Notes: generated from the sequence alone by a model not told the origin. A DNA stretch of 64,000 nt from Patescibacteria group bacterium (GCA_050949505.1 JBMNFV010000001.1:30284-94283); one strand, 5' to 3'; counted from the stretch's first letter, positions 18,476-28,538 are shown. Translations and numbers: made by a program.

Positions 18476-19192
18476 ATGGCTTATCAATTAAGTGATCAAA
18501 ACATTATTTTAAGCGCCAATAAGGCCTATAAAATTCTCGCCGTCCGAGACTTGCCTCCCGAAGAAAAGCCTCGCGAGAAGCTGCTCGCCCATGGGGTGGT
18601 TTCCTTAAGCTCAGCCGAGCTTTTAGCCGTTATTTTAGGCGTTGGCACTAAAAAAGAAGAAGTCCTCTCTATGGCTAATCGCTTGCTCCGCGAGTATGGC
18701 GAAAAAGGAGTGGCCTATCAAAAAGATCCAAAAATTATTGAACAAGACCTCAATATCCCCTTGTCTAAAGCCTGTCAGATTGTCGCCAGCTTTGAATTAG
18801 GACGTCGTTTTTATCAAAAAAAGCCTGGCGCCCTAATCACTATCCGTAATGCCAAGCAAGCCTTTGCTCATTTAAAGGAAATGGGGAATTTACGCAAAGA
18901 ACAAATCCGCGGCCTTTATCTAAACTCTCACTACCAATTAGTTCACGATGAGGTTATCTCAATTGGCACTCCCGATGCTTCCATTCTACAGGTTAAAGAG
19001 GTCTTCCGCCCCGCTCTAGAATATTCCGCTGCTGCTATCATTATTGCCCACAATCATCCCTCTGGGGTTCTTAAGGCTAGTCAGGCTGACTTAGAGATAA
19101 CTGACAAATTAAAGGAGGCGGGCAAAATTTTAGATATAGAAGTTTTAGACCACCTAATTATCGGAAAAAATAAATTTAACAGTTTAATCTAA
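18476..19192 (+). CDS. radC: RadC-like JAB/MPN domain protein
   Basis: N-terminal HhH-like region (LSSAELLAVILGVGTK) and the JAMM motif HNHPSG. Confidence 0.85.
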   Translation: MAYQLSDQNIILSANKAYKILAVRDLPPEEKPREKLLAHGVVSLSSAELLAVILGVGTKKEEVLSMANRLLREYGEKGVAYQKDPKIIEQDLNIPLSKACQIVASFELGRRFYQKKPGALITIRNAKQAFAHLKEMGNLRKEQIRGLYLNSHYQLVHDEVISIGTPDASILQVKEVFRPALEYSAAAIIIAHNHPSGVLKASQADLEITDKLKEAGKILDIEVLDHLIIGKNKFNSLI

Positions 19193-19193
19193 T

Positions 19194-19475
19194 ATGTCTA
19201 AAATATACCAGATTAGCCCCACTATTCGCTTAGTGAGAGATGAAGCTAGTGTTAGTTTTCATGTTAAAAACAATGACTATTTTGGCACCATTGCCACCGT
19301 AATTAGCTTGATTAGACAAGAGCTACTAACTGCCGACCTTAGTAATGTGGCCACCTTACAAAAACTGTTAAGCAACTTAGAGGCAGACCTCATGATCTTA
19401 CAAAATAATTATCAAATTAGCGCTAAAATCAAAAACAAGAATAAGACACCAAAGGGCAAGCTAAGCAGCCAGTGA
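19194..19475 (+). CDS. hypothetical small protein (93 aa), translationally coupled to radC
   Basis: ATG lies 2 nt after the radC stop. No recognisable motif. Its 3' end overlaps the convergent gene 19412..20713 by 64 nt. Confidence 0.45.
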   Translation: MSKIYQISPTIRLVRDEASVSFHVKNNDYFGTIATVISLIRQELLTADLSNVATLQKLLSNLEADLMILQNNYQISAKIKNKNKTPKGKLSSQ

Positions 19476-20713
19476 TCTAGCATGGCTAAAATAAATAAGG
19501 CTAGAGCAATCGCTAAAGAATATTTATCTCGCCGGCCGTATTTAAGCAGAAAGACTACAAAGATAGCAAACGCTACTAACGACAGAAGTCCTGATTGTGC
19601 CCATAATAACAAAAAGACATTATGAACCGGTTGGTAGGCCCAAAGCGGTTTTTTATAATCATCTTGCTTGGCCAAGGCTTCTTGATAATTACCTACTCCT
19701 ACTCCGGTTATAAACTTACTCTTTATTAATTCTCCAGCCTCAACTAGCTGCGACTGTCTTTCTTCCACTGACTGTTGCTCTAGGCGAGTATTAACCTCTA
19801 CCCGGGTTAAAATTAAGTCTTTAAAGGGGAGGCTGGTAAGGAAAACTAAAATGACTGAGAAGATAATGAGGGCCACTAAGCGACCAACCGCCCATTTGTC
19901 TCGACTTCTAATAATTCTTATCAGCAGCACTACTAAACCTAAAACAAAGGCTAACCAAGCGGCTCGGGAAAATGAAAACAAGAGGGCGTAAAGAGCAATG
20001 AAATAAAAGATAAACAAGAAGCCTGAAGTCCAAGCTTGAGCCTGGCTATTAATCACTTTCTTTTTAATTAATAAGTAGGCGGCTAAGATTAAGGAGATCG
20101 CTAAAGCTCCCCCTAGGACATTAGGGTGGTCCAGTCCTCCATAAGCTCTTAGCCAGCGACCATCCATCGTTTCTATCACTGCTGTTCCTGAAACAATCGG
20201 GTCATGGGCTGCCAGTCCTAAATACTTACAAGCAAAAGAGCTTTGGGTTAAAAATTGATAGATTCCTAATAAGGCTTGAGCCAGCATCCCGGCTAAAAAA
20301 CTATAAGCTAAGGTAAAGCGATTGATGACATATTCTTCATAGTTATGTTGCTCCGTCCCCACTCTCACTACGAAAAATAAACTCAAGGCCGCCAGGAAGA
20401 TAAAGTAATAATAACTGGCTAAAATTTTATCTGGAGCGACTAAAATAGAGCCCGCAATTAGTAATCCTAAGGCTCCTAAGGGGAAAAAGAAGAGTCGGTT
20501 AACTCGCCGCCAAGCACCCTCTCTAAAGCGCAGCCAAACAAAGAGACTAAAAATAATTAGCATCAGGGCGTGGCTAAAATAAAAATTAATCTCACTATAA
20601 ACACTCTCACTGCTCCGTAAAATTAGCTTAGTTTGCCAAGGAACGATAAAAGCGAACAGATAAGTTAGGTATTCAATTGTTTTGCTTAAATATTTGTTGA
20701 ATTTGCTGGCCAT
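19412..20713 (-). CDS. polytopic membrane protein, O-antigen ligase/Wzy_C-like
   Basis: About 10 or more hydrophobic helices with an extracytoplasmic loop followed by YQPVHNVFLLLWAQSGLLSLVAF, as is typical of Wzy_C-domain proteins. Confidence 0.65.
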   Translation of the reverse strand: MASKFNKYLSKTIEYLTYLFAFIVPWQTKLILRSSESVYSEINFYFSHALMLIIFSLFVWLRFREGAWRRVNRLFFFPLGALGLLIAGSILVAPDKILASYYYFIFLAALSLFFVVRVGTEQHNYEEYVINRFTLAYSFLAGMLAQALLGIYQFLTQSSFACKYLGLAAHDPIVSGTAVIETMDGRWLRAYGGLDHPNVLGGALAISLILAAYLLIKKKVINSQAQAWTSGFLFIFYFIALYALLFSFSRAAWLAFVLGLVVLLIRIIRSRDKWAVGRLVALIIFSVILVFLTSLPFKDLILTRVEVNTRLEQQSVEERQSQLVEAGELIKSKFITGVGVGNYQEALAKQDDYKKPLWAYQPVHNVFLLLWAQSGLLSLVAFAIFVVFLLKYGRRDKYSLAIALALFILAMLDHWLLSLPFGVLFLFLILALI

Positions 20714-21572
20714 ATAGTTCTCGATATTTTTCTCGATTATCTTGAAGATATAGTTTTAATATTTGATTATTAATTATTACCCCCCCTGACTGTTTAGCTG
20801 CCGCCTTTTTTAAGGCTGGGTTCATAATCGCTAATTGTAATCGTCGCGCCCCGGCTTCTAATCCTGACCACCAACCTGTTGCTGGAAAAGTTAATTTCAT
20901 CGTCTCCACACTAATTAATGACTTAGTGTTTGGTAAATTGTTAGCTAATAAAAATAGCTCATTAATTTCCCCTCGGTCATAAAGGAGCCTAAGATTGCGT
21001 AACCAGAAATGAAAATAAGGGTCCTGAGGTTTTAGAAATAATTCTTGTAAATTTAACTGGTCCGCACTCAGATAAAAGCTCAAACAAATTTTATCTCGCT
21101 TATCCTGCGGCCGAGGACGCTTATTAAGCAAGGCCACTAGACCAGTGCAATACAATCGGGATAACCAGATTGTTCCCGGCTTAGTGATAATTAGCAAATC
21201 AATATCACTAGCCTCCCGAAGATTATGCGCCCCTTGTCCATTCACTAAATATATCGCTAAGATGGTGGGTAGCTTGGCAAACCACCGCCCAAAACGTTTT
21301 GCTATTTTTAATTTGCGAAAATAATAATTATAGCGTCTTTGTCTAATAGCTACTAACTCTTGACGACCGGGTAGGAAATAATACCCTCCCGCATTAACTA
21401 GCTTTCCAGCTTGCTCTAGTCTCCCCAGCTCTTCCCTTAAAGACTGCTTAGGCAAAAGCATCCTATCTATCTCTTCTGTCGTAAGCGGGTAATCAAATAA
21501 ATCAAAGAAGGCAATCGTCTCTATGATTGCCCGAGATAAATCAACTGCTTGGCCTGAGGCGACACTAATCAT
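20673..21572 (-). CDS. hypothetical protein with Pol-beta-type nucleotidyltransferase-like motif
   Basis: NGQGAHNLREASDIDLLIIT resembles the G-[SG]..(n)..D-x-D NTase signature. The function assignment is weak. Confidence 0.4.
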   Translation of the reverse strand: MISVASGQAVDLSRAIIETIAFFDLFDYPLTTEEIDRMLLPKQSLREELGRLEQAGKLVNAGGYYFLPGRQELVAIRQRRYNYYFRKLKIAKRFGRWFAKLPTILAIYLVNGQGAHNLREASDIDLLIITKPGTIWLSRLYCTGLVALLNKRPRPQDKRDKICLSFYLSADQLNLQELFLKPQDPYFHFWLRNLRLLYDRGEINELFLLANNLPNTKSLISVETMKLTFPATGWWSGLEAGARRLQLAIMNPALKKAAAKQSGGVIINNQILKLYLQDNREKYRELYGQQIQQIFKQNN

Positions 21573-21586
21573 AGCTCTTAAACCTA

Positions 21587-22714
21587 TTATTTATCCGCTG
21601 TCTTGGGCCGATCTATTTTTACCACCTCTATTTGACTATCCGCTCCCGTAATTTTAATCACATCCTTATCTATTTTTTTAAATTCGGTATAAGCATGATT
21701 GTAGTGATTAACACTAGTGGACAAGCTGGTCCCTAATTTACGAATAAATTCATCATACCTATTAATGTGCTTGCCTAGCTTGGTTATATTGGTTCTAATT
21801 TCCTGAGCCTTCTCTTCAATTTGCATAGCCTTAAGTCCCTGAAGAACGGTTTGCAAATAGGCGAGAAAAAGAGTCGGGGAAACAATTACCACCTTCTTAT
21901 CTCTAAAAGCATACTCAATCATGTCTCTAGTGCTAGAGCCCACTTTATTAACCAATAAGTCATAATAAATTGCCTCTGAAGGGATAAACATAAAGGCAAA
22001 CTCTAAAGTATTTTTATCAGGCAATACATATTTAGCGGTTTCATCTATTCGGTTCTTTAGATCCTGCCTAAAAGCTGCTTCTAATTTTTCTCGAGACTCT
22101 TGGTTGGGCGCCTCTAATATTCGTTCATAATTCTCTAAAGAAAACTTGGCATCAATGGGAATTATTTTTCCCTTAGCATGTACCACCGCATCAACAATTA
22201 AGTTTTTATTAGTCTGGTCATCACGTCCTAAATTATATTGCAACTCATAAGCACCTGGTGGCAAAACATTGCTTAAGGTCTCTTCTAGAAAATATTCTCC
22301 CAACACTCCTCGTTGTTTGGGGTTTTTTAAAATATCCTGTAAGCTTTGCAATTGTGAAGAAAAATTAACTACCTGCCGATTGGTCTCATCTAGTTTCGTT
22401 AACTTTTCCGTGACCTCGGCAATTAGCTTAGCTGACTGAGTGTTAATTTCCTGAACAATTTTAGTTGTTTGCCCAAATTGCTCCTGACTGGAGCGATGAG
22501 TTTCCGTTAGCTTTTTGTCTAGCTCTTGGCGTAATTCACTATTTTGCTGACTTAATTGATTCAATTTCTCAGTTTGCTGAATAAGTCTTTCTGAGACTGA
22601 CTCTAGCTGACTATCCTTGACTGGCTGCTTGACTTTTTTAAGTAATAAAAAAATAACTACCCCAATACCGAGCAGGAGCAGAAACATTAAACTGTGGGTA
22701 GTTAAATTAGCCAT
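21587..22714 (-). CDS. rmuC: DNA recombination protein RmuC
   Basis: N-terminal TM, a long coiled coil, then RGVLGEYFLEETLSNVLP..YELQ and the IPIDAKF motif. Confidence 0.85.
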   Translation of the reverse strand: MANLTTHSLMFLLLLGIGVVIFLLLKKVKQPVKDSQLESVSERLIQQTEKLNQLSQQNSELRQELDKKLTETHRSSQEQFGQTTKIVQEINTQSAKLIAEVTEKLTKLDETNRQVVNFSSQLQSLQDILKNPKQRGVLGEYFLEETLSNVLPPGAYELQYNLGRDDQTNKNLIVDAVVHAKGKIIPIDAKFSLENYERILEAPNQESREKLEAAFRQDLKNRIDETAKYVLPDKNTLEFAFMFIPSEAIYYDLLVNKVGSSTRDMIEYAFRDKKVVIVSPTLFLAYLQTVLQGLKAMQIEEKAQEIRTNITKLGKHINRYDEFIRKLGTSLSTSVNHYNHAYTEFKKIDKDVIKITGADSQIEVVKIDRPKTADK

Positions 22715-22717
22715 AGA

Positions 22718-23188
22718 CTAATCAGTATTTTTATTATTCTTTAGTAAATCTCTAATCTCCGTTAAGAGCTCTTGGTCCTTGCTTAAAGGCTTAGGCTTAA
22801 CCTCTTCTTCTGCCACTTCTTTCTCTACGGCTAGCCTCTCCTTCAAGCTCGCTAGTAATTTAATCATCGTAAAGATCGCCAGGGCAATCACTAGGAAGTC
22901 AAAAATATTTTGAACAAAGGTGCCAATGTTCATAATTACCGCTGGCTTAAGCACTTCTCCTGCTTGACTAACTATCTCTGAACGTAAAACAAAATGCCAA
23001 GAAGTAAAGTCTACTCCACCGGCTAGGGCGCCAATTAAAGGCATAACAATATCGGCCACTAGGGAGGAAACTATTTTACCAAAAGCCCCGCCAATGATAA
23101 CCGCTACTGCTAAATCAATTACATTGCCTTTAACGGCAAACTCTTTAAATTCTTGTAGATATTTTTTCATATATTTATTTAAATCCAA
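22718..23188 (-). CDS. mscL: large-conductance mechanosensitive channel
   Basis: [40 protein letters not shown]. Confidence 0.92.
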   Translation of the reverse strand: MDLNKYMKKYLQEFKEFAVKGNVIDLAVAVIIGGAFGKIVSSLVADIVMPLIGALAGGVDFTSWHFVLRSEIVSQAGEVLKPAVIMNIGTFVQNIFDFLVIALAIFTMIKLLASLKERLAVEKEVAEEEVKPKPLSKDQELLTEIRDLLKNNKNTD

Positions 23189-25710
23189 GTAACGCCGGCT
23201 ACTTGATCGCCAGCTTCTTTAAATCTCATAATTCGCACTCCTTGAGTGTCTCGCCCCAAGGTATTAACTGACTTAAAAGGAGTTCTGATAACTTGTCCTT
23301 GTTCAGAAATAATAACTAGATCTCGATTCTTCATGCTATCCGCATTAACCAAGAAAGCATTGGTTAACTGCCCCGTCTTGTCAGTTATCTTAGCGGTTTT
23401 AATACCACTACCCCCTCGGCCTTGAAGCTTGTAGGCTGATAAGGCGGTTCGCTTGCCGTAACCATTGGCCATAATCGTTAACAGTTGATAATTGCGCTTT
23501 TTATCCTTATCTGTTTTGGCAATTCCGATGCCCACCACGCGGTCATCAGCTTGCAATCTAATTCCATAAACTCCAGCCGCTCCCCGTCCCATCTGCCTAA
23601 CATCTGTTTCTTTAAAACGAATGGACTGTCCCTTGGCCGTGATTAACTGAACTTGATCAGTGCCTGAGGTTGGTTTTACCCAAATTAGCTTATCATCATC
23701 TTTTATCTTAATGGCAATTAGACCACTACGTCTTAAATTTTTAAAGGCCTCTAGAGCAACTTTCTTCACTATTCCTTTTTCAGTAGCAAAGAAAAGATAT
23801 TTACTAAAGACTGCCTTATCTAAGGGCAGAATTGAAGAGACTTGCTCGCCACCCACCAGTTGCAAGAAATTAACTACCGGCGTTCCTTTCGCTACCCGAG
23901 AGGCTTGAGGAATCTCATAAACTTTTAACTGAAACACTCTCCCCTTAGTGGTAAAGAAGAGGACATCGTTATGGGTTAGTGAAGTGAAGGTAAATTCAAC
24001 CGTATCTTCTTCTTTAGTGGTTAAGCCCATCACCCCTTTGCCGCCTCGGGCCTGAACCTTGAAAGTATCTGGCTCTAAGCGCTTGATGTAGCCATCTCTA
24101 GTCATCATCACTACCGTCTCCTCATTTGGAACCAAGTCCTCAACATTAATTTCCTTAACCCCATGAGGAACCACTGTCGTGCGACGCTCATCACCAAACT
24201 TATCAGTCAAAGCCACTAGCTCCTCCTTAACAATCGCTCTCATCTTGGCAGCTGACTTAAGGATAGCTTCTAATTTTTTAATCAGGGCTAATTTCTCTTT
24301 TAACTCTGTCTCTATCTTTAGTTGCTCTAAGTTGGCTAAGCTTTGCAAGCGCATCTCTAAAATAGCCACTGCTTGTCGCTCTGACAACTTAAATTTCTTC
24401 ATTAAGTTGGCCTTAGCTACCTCCTTATCTTTAGAAGCCTTAATCGTTTTAATTACCGCATCAATATTCTTCAGGGCGATCATTAGTCCCTCTAAAATAT
24501 GGGCTCGCTCCTTGGCCTTATTAAGGTCGTACTCTGTGCGGCGTTTCACTATCTCCTCTCGGTGCTTAATATACTCCTCCAGAATCATTTTAAGGGTTAG
24601 CACCTTAGGCTGAATACCATCAATCAGAGCCAACATATTTAAATGAAAGGTGGTCTGCAGGGCGGTATTTTTATACAAGCTGTTAAGAATTTTTTTAGGG
24701 TAGGTATCTTTTCTTAACTCAATTACTATTCTCACTCCTTCCTTATCTGACTCATCACGTAAAGCCTTGATTCCCTCTATCTTCTTATCTTTAACTAAAT
24801 TAGCAATCTTCTCCACCAAGTCCGCCTTATTAACTTGATAGGGAATCTCGGTAATTATTATCTGAAAATTACCACTTTTTCGCTCAACAATATTAGCTTG
24901 ACCTCGCAGCACTATTCCCCCTTTGCCAGTAGCGTAAGCTTCTAAAATCTTCTTCTTGTCATAAATAATTCCCCCCGTGGGAAAGTCTGGTCCCTTAACA
25001 AATTGAGTCAAATCTTCTACTGTCGCCTCTGGATTAGCGATTAAGTGAATTATCGCCTCAGTTAACTCTCTTAGATTATGTGGGGGAATATTAGTGGCCA
25101 TCCCTACCGCAATTCCCATGGTGCCATTAAGCAAAAGATTAGGAAGCTTAGCTGGTAAAACTTGCGGCTCCTGATGGCTACCGTCATAATTGGGAGTGAA
25201 ATTTATGGTTTCTTTATCAATATCAAAAAGCATCTCTTCCGCTATCGCCGCTAGCTTAGTCTCCGTATAACGCATAGCGGCCGCACTATCACCATCCATA
25301 GAGCCAAAGTTTCCTTGACCCCTCACTAATGGGTAGCGCATAGAAAAATCTTGAGCTAGGCGAACCATTGAGTCATAAACCGCTGAGTCGCCATGGGGGT
25401 GATATTTTCCTAACACTTCTCCCACCACTGTCGCTGACTTACGAAACTTAGCATTAGCCTTAAGACCAATACTCCACATGGCATATAAAATTCGTCGGTG
25501 GACTGGTTTTAGTCCATCCCGAACATCTGGTAAGGCCCGAGAAACAATTACGCTCATCGCGTATTCTAAGTATGACTTTTTCATTTCGTCCGTTAGCGGC
25601 TGAGGCTCCACTAAGCCATACTCAGTTTGTCGTCGTTCAATCTGAGAGTTAGTAGTTTTTTCTTTCTCCTCTAAGGGCTCGGGAGTTAATTTATTCTTCT
25701 TAGTTGACAT
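23179..25710 (-). CDS. gyrA: DNA gyrase subunit A
   Basis: [29 protein letters not shown]; active-site AAMRYTE; C-terminal beta-pinwheel repeats. Confidence 0.95.
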   Translation of the reverse strand: MSTKKNKLTPEPLEEKEKTTNSQIERRQTEYGLVEPQPLTDEMKKSYLEYAMSVIVSRALPDVRDGLKPVHRRILYAMWSIGLKANAKFRKSATVVGEVLGKYHPHGDSAVYDSMVRLAQDFSMRYPLVRGQGNFGSMDGDSAAAMRYTETKLAAIAEEMLFDIDKETINFTPNYDGSHQEPQVLPAKLPNLLLNGTMGIAVGMATNIPPHNLRELTEAIIHLIANPEATVEDLTQFVKGPDFPTGGIIYDKKKILEAYATGKGGIVLRGQANIVERKSGNFQIIITEIPYQVNKADLVEKIANLVKDKKIEGIKALRDESDKEGVRIVIELRKDTYPKKILNSLYKNTALQTTFHLNMLALIDGIQPKVLTLKMILEEYIKHREEIVKRRTEYDLNKAKERAHILEGLMIALKNIDAVIKTIKASKDKEVAKANLMKKFKLSERQAVAILEMRLQSLANLEQLKIETELKEKLALIKKLEAILKSAAKMRAIVKEELVALTDKFGDERRTTVVPHGVKEINVEDLVPNEETVVMMTRDGYIKRLEPDTFKVQARGGKGVMGLTTKEEDTVEFTFTSLTHNDVLFFTTKGRVFQLKVYEIPQASRVAKGTPVVNFLQLVGGEQVSSILPLDKAVFSKYLFFATEKGIVKKVALEAFKNLRRSGLIAIKIKDDDKLIWVKPTSGTDQVQLITAKGQSIRFKETDVRQMGRGAAGVYGIRLQADDRVVGIGIAKTDKDKKRNYQLLTIMANGYGKRTALSAYKLQGRGGSGIKTAKITDKTGQLTNAFLVNADSMKNRDLVIISEQGQVIRTPFKSVNTLGRDTQGVRIMRFKEAGDQVAGVTWI

Positions 25711-25719
25711 AAATAATTA

Positions 25720-26226
25720 TTAATAGACCAATTGAGTAATTCCCTCGCAACCAGCTGGAATCTGGCAAGTTCGTGCCTCTCCTATCGTTGGCATGCAATT
25801 TATATAGGCGGGGCAACTGCCTTCTCCAGGAGTTACATATTCTGGCAATTGCTCCCTAGTTGGCTCTAGTCCTTCTAAAGATTGACCTGAGTCCAGTTTC
25901 TCTTGTAAATTGGTAATTATTCCCTGACCAAATTCCGCACTAGAAGACGCCGCTTCCTCCAACTTGTCCGCTAGCGTTTGCACAAAGTCATTGTCCTTTA
26001 GCTTTTCTACATCCAACTGATTTTCCTCAGTTAATAGTTCTTCCTGAAGACTGGTGGATAGATTTTTAAATCCCTCCATAACTGGTTCTAGGCTGTAAAT
26101 TTCTCCGGGTAGGGAAAAATTGAAAATATTTTTTAGATTAAGAAACCAAAAAACAAAAACTAATCCCAAGATAAAGACCACCCCTGTTTTGACTAAAAAT
26201 ACCTTTCTTGGTTTTTGTTTATTCAT
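25720..26226 (-). CDS. hypothetical membrane-anchored protein with C-terminal Cys motif
   Basis: One N-terminal TM (VFLVKTGVVFILGLVFVFWFL), an acidic coiled middle, and the C-terminal sequence GEGSCPAYINCMPTIGEARTCQIPAGCEG. Confidence 0.5.
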   Translation of the reverse strand: MNKQKPRKVFLVKTGVVFILGLVFVFWFLNLKNIFNFSLPGEIYSLEPVMEGFKNLSTSLQEELLTEENQLDVEKLKDNDFVQTLADKLEEAASSSAEFGQGIITNLQEKLDSGQSLEGLEPTREQLPEYVTPGEGSCPAYINCMPTIGEARTCQIPAGCEGITQLVY

Positions 26227-26230
26227 ATGA

Positions 26231-26833
26231 TTATTCCCTTATCCCATCTAAATTAACATCATAAAGAATTTGCTCCGCTAACAACCGGTAGCTTAGTATC
26301 TCCTCCTGGCTAAACCAAATTGGAATTTCTCGATCAGCATCAGTGGCTGGGTCTGAACAATGAATTAAATTGCGAACTGCTCGGTCATCAAGACTGGCTA
26401 GTGAATAGGAGTCTAGGGTGTAGTCTCCCCTAATCGTTCCGCTGTCTGAAGCCAATGGCTCAGTAGAGCCCACTATTTTCTTCACTATCCCAGCCGCCTG
26501 ATTGCCCTCCCAAATCATTGGCACCACTGGACCCGCTGTCATAAATCTAATTAATCCTCTAATAATATCTCTCCCATATTCAATCGCTTCCTTCTCAATT
26601 GGCAAGCCAGCCGCTTTTCTTTCTTCAATAATTCGCTCTCCCTTGCTAGAAAACCACTCATCATCTTTTTCATAATGTTTCCATAATTGCTCTTCGCTAG
26701 CTTTTACAATTTTTAAAGCAATTAGCTTTAAGCCAGTTTTCTCAATGCGCTTAATTAAATCTCCAATTAAGCTTCTTTGCACCGCATCGGGCTTGAGCAA
26801 AACAAAGGTTCTTTCTTTTTTTGGGTTATGCAT
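26231..26833 (-). CDS. ndk: nucleoside-diphosphate kinase (long variant)
   Basis: ERTFVLLKPDAVQRSLIG.., TIRGDY, NLIHCSD (catalytic His box with Cys where Gly is usual). 200 aa. Confidence 0.8.
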   Translation of the reverse strand: MHNPKKERTFVLLKPDAVQRSLIGDLIKRIEKTGLKLIALKIVKASEEQLWKHYEKDDEWFSSKGERIIEERKAAGLPIEKEAIEYGRDIIRGLIRFMTAGPVVPMIWEGNQAAGIVKKIVGSTEPLASDSGTIRGDYTLDSYSLASLDDRAVRNLIHCSDPATDADREIPIWFSQEEILSYRLLAEQILYDVNLDGIRE

Positions 26834-26837
26834 ATAT

Positions 26838-27494
26838 TTATTTACTTAAAATTACCAGCTCCATATCTTCTTGGGGAAGATCTTTGCGAGTAATTCTTAA
26901 TCTTTCTTCATAAGTTGGCGCTAGGCCTAACTCTTTAATAAATTTATCAACTGAGTCCAATTCAAATGGCAAGCTAGGGTCATGGTAATGCATCGGAATC
27001 ACTATGCGAGGCTCAATTTGAGAAATAACGGCGACGGCCTTTTTGGCATCAATTGTATATTTGCCTCCTACCGGGATCATTAGGATATCTGTTCCTGATA
27101 ACCGACTCAACTGAGCATCATCTAATTCCGTGCCTAGATCACCCAAATGAACTAAGGAGATATCATCCACTTCTATGCGGTAAATAATATTTCCGCCTCG
27201 CTCCTCTCCTTGCGACTCATCGTGATAGGAGTCTATTCCCTCTATCAGTACTCCCTTCACATCATACTCCCCAGCTGAGGAGATAATAAACGGCTGCCCT
27301 CTCAGAGCAGAAGCATTATTATGATCAGAGTGGTCATGAGAGATTGTTACTATATCCGCCTCAAAATTAGGAACCTTAAGCCCTAAGTCCTTGTTAAATG
27401 GGTCAGTCACTACTGTAACCCCCTCCGGTCCCACTTTGTCTTGTATTTTAAAGCAGGAATGTCCCTGCCAAGTAATAATCATATATTTTTTCAC
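26838..27494 (-). CDS. MBL-fold metal-dependent hydrolase (UPF0173-like)
   Basis: HDHSDH metal motif; about 218 aa, the typical size for this family. Confidence 0.75.
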   Translation of the reverse strand: MKKYMIITWQGHSCFKIQDKVGPEGVTVVTDPFNKDLGLKVPNFEADIVTISHDHSDHNNASALRGQPFIISSAGEYDVKGVLIEGIDSYHDESQGEERGGNIIYRIEVDDISLVHLGDLGTELDDAQLSRLSGTDILMIPVGGKYTIDAKKAVAVISQIEPRIVIPMHYHDPSLPFELDSVDKFIKELGLAPTYEERLRITRKDLPQEDMELVILSK

Positions 27495-27589
27495 TAAAAA
27501 AAGACCTCTAAACTAATTATAGTATAACAAAATCTAAGCCCTGGGTCAACCAAAAGAATCCCAAATAAACCTAAGAAAAAAAGCAATTA

Positions 27590-28408
27590 TTAGGGAAAAT
27601 TACTAATTTTTATCGGAATACTGCCCAACTGATCTGTTCTTAAAACCTTAAGGCCTAATTGATAAAACCTTTCTAATACCACTGGAGCGGGATGATTGTA
27701 TCGATTATTTCTTCCTGCAGAAACCACCACCACCTGCGGACGTACCGCCTCTAGAAACTCCTGACTATTAGAAGTTTTAGAGCCATGATGTGAGGCCTTG
27801 AAAACTTCGGCTAATAAATTAAAATTTGACTTCAGTAGCGCCTCCTCTGCTCCTAATTCATTATCTCCACTGAATAAGAATTTCTGCCCCTGACAAGACA
27901 ACCTGCTTGTCAGCGAATTATTTCCATCTTCCTTAGCTCCCAGACTCAAGGGATTTAATAATTCCATAAAACACTGCTGAGAAAAATCAAGTCGCCCCCG
28001 ACTGCTTAGAGGAATAATTTCCGTACCTTGCTGTCTAGCTAGATCAATAATTAAATCCGTAATAATATTCTTTTCTGTCCCAGCGGGATAAATTAATTTA
28101 ACCACTCTAAATCGCAATAATATTTCCACTAAGCCTACAATGTGGTCATCATGCCAATGACTAATAATGACTGCCTCTAACTCTCGCTCATAAAACGATA
28201 AATATTTACCTAGCTCCAATAATAAGGTCTTATCTGGGCCGCCGTCTATTAAAATTAATTTATCTTCTGGAGTTCTAATTAGAGCCGCATCACCTTGACC
28301 CACATCAAGAAAAATCACTCTAGCTACTTGATCACCAAGGCTAAGAACTCTAAATATTCCAATAATCAACCCTAGACCTATTAAACTAATAATAATTCTT
28401 TTCTTCAT
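27590..28408 (-). CDS. membrane-anchored MBL-fold protein resembling the C-terminal domain of ComEC/Rec2
   Basis: N-terminal TM, then FLDVGQGDAALIRTPEDKLILIDGG, SHWHDDH, ASHHGS..., YNHP: the ComEC-type beta-lactamase domain pattern. No polytopic channel domain is present. Confidence 0.7.
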   Translation of the reverse strand: MKKRIIISLIGLGLIIGIFRVLSLGDQVARVIFLDVGQGDAALIRTPEDKLILIDGGPDKTLLLELGKYLSFYERELEAVIISHWHDDHIVGLVEILLRFRVVKLIYPAGTEKNIITDLIIDLARQQGTEIIPLSSRGRLDFSQQCFMELLNPLSLGAKEDGNNSLTSRLSCQGQKFLFSGDNELGAEEALLKSNFNLLAEVFKASHHGSKTSNSQEFLEAVRPQVVVVSAGRNNRYNHPAPVVLERFYQLGLKVLRTDQLGSIPIKISNFP

Positions 28409-28509
28409 CTCTATAACTTAGCAAACCCTCATTAAATTTTAGATAAAGATTAATTAGAAGCCCCGCTCCCCAAAAACCGCCATGTGTATGTATACATTAC
28501 CTAAGCCTA

Positions 28510-28538
28510 TTGACTTTTTCTATTATTTATGCTAAACT
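28510..28538 (+). promoter_or_regulatory. sigma70-type promoter TTGACT-N17-TAAACT (TGc extended -10)
   Basis: TTGACT at 28510..28515, a 17-nt spacer ending in TGC, then TAAACT at 28533..28538. It lies about 165 nt upstream of the ATG at 28704. Confidence 0.55.
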
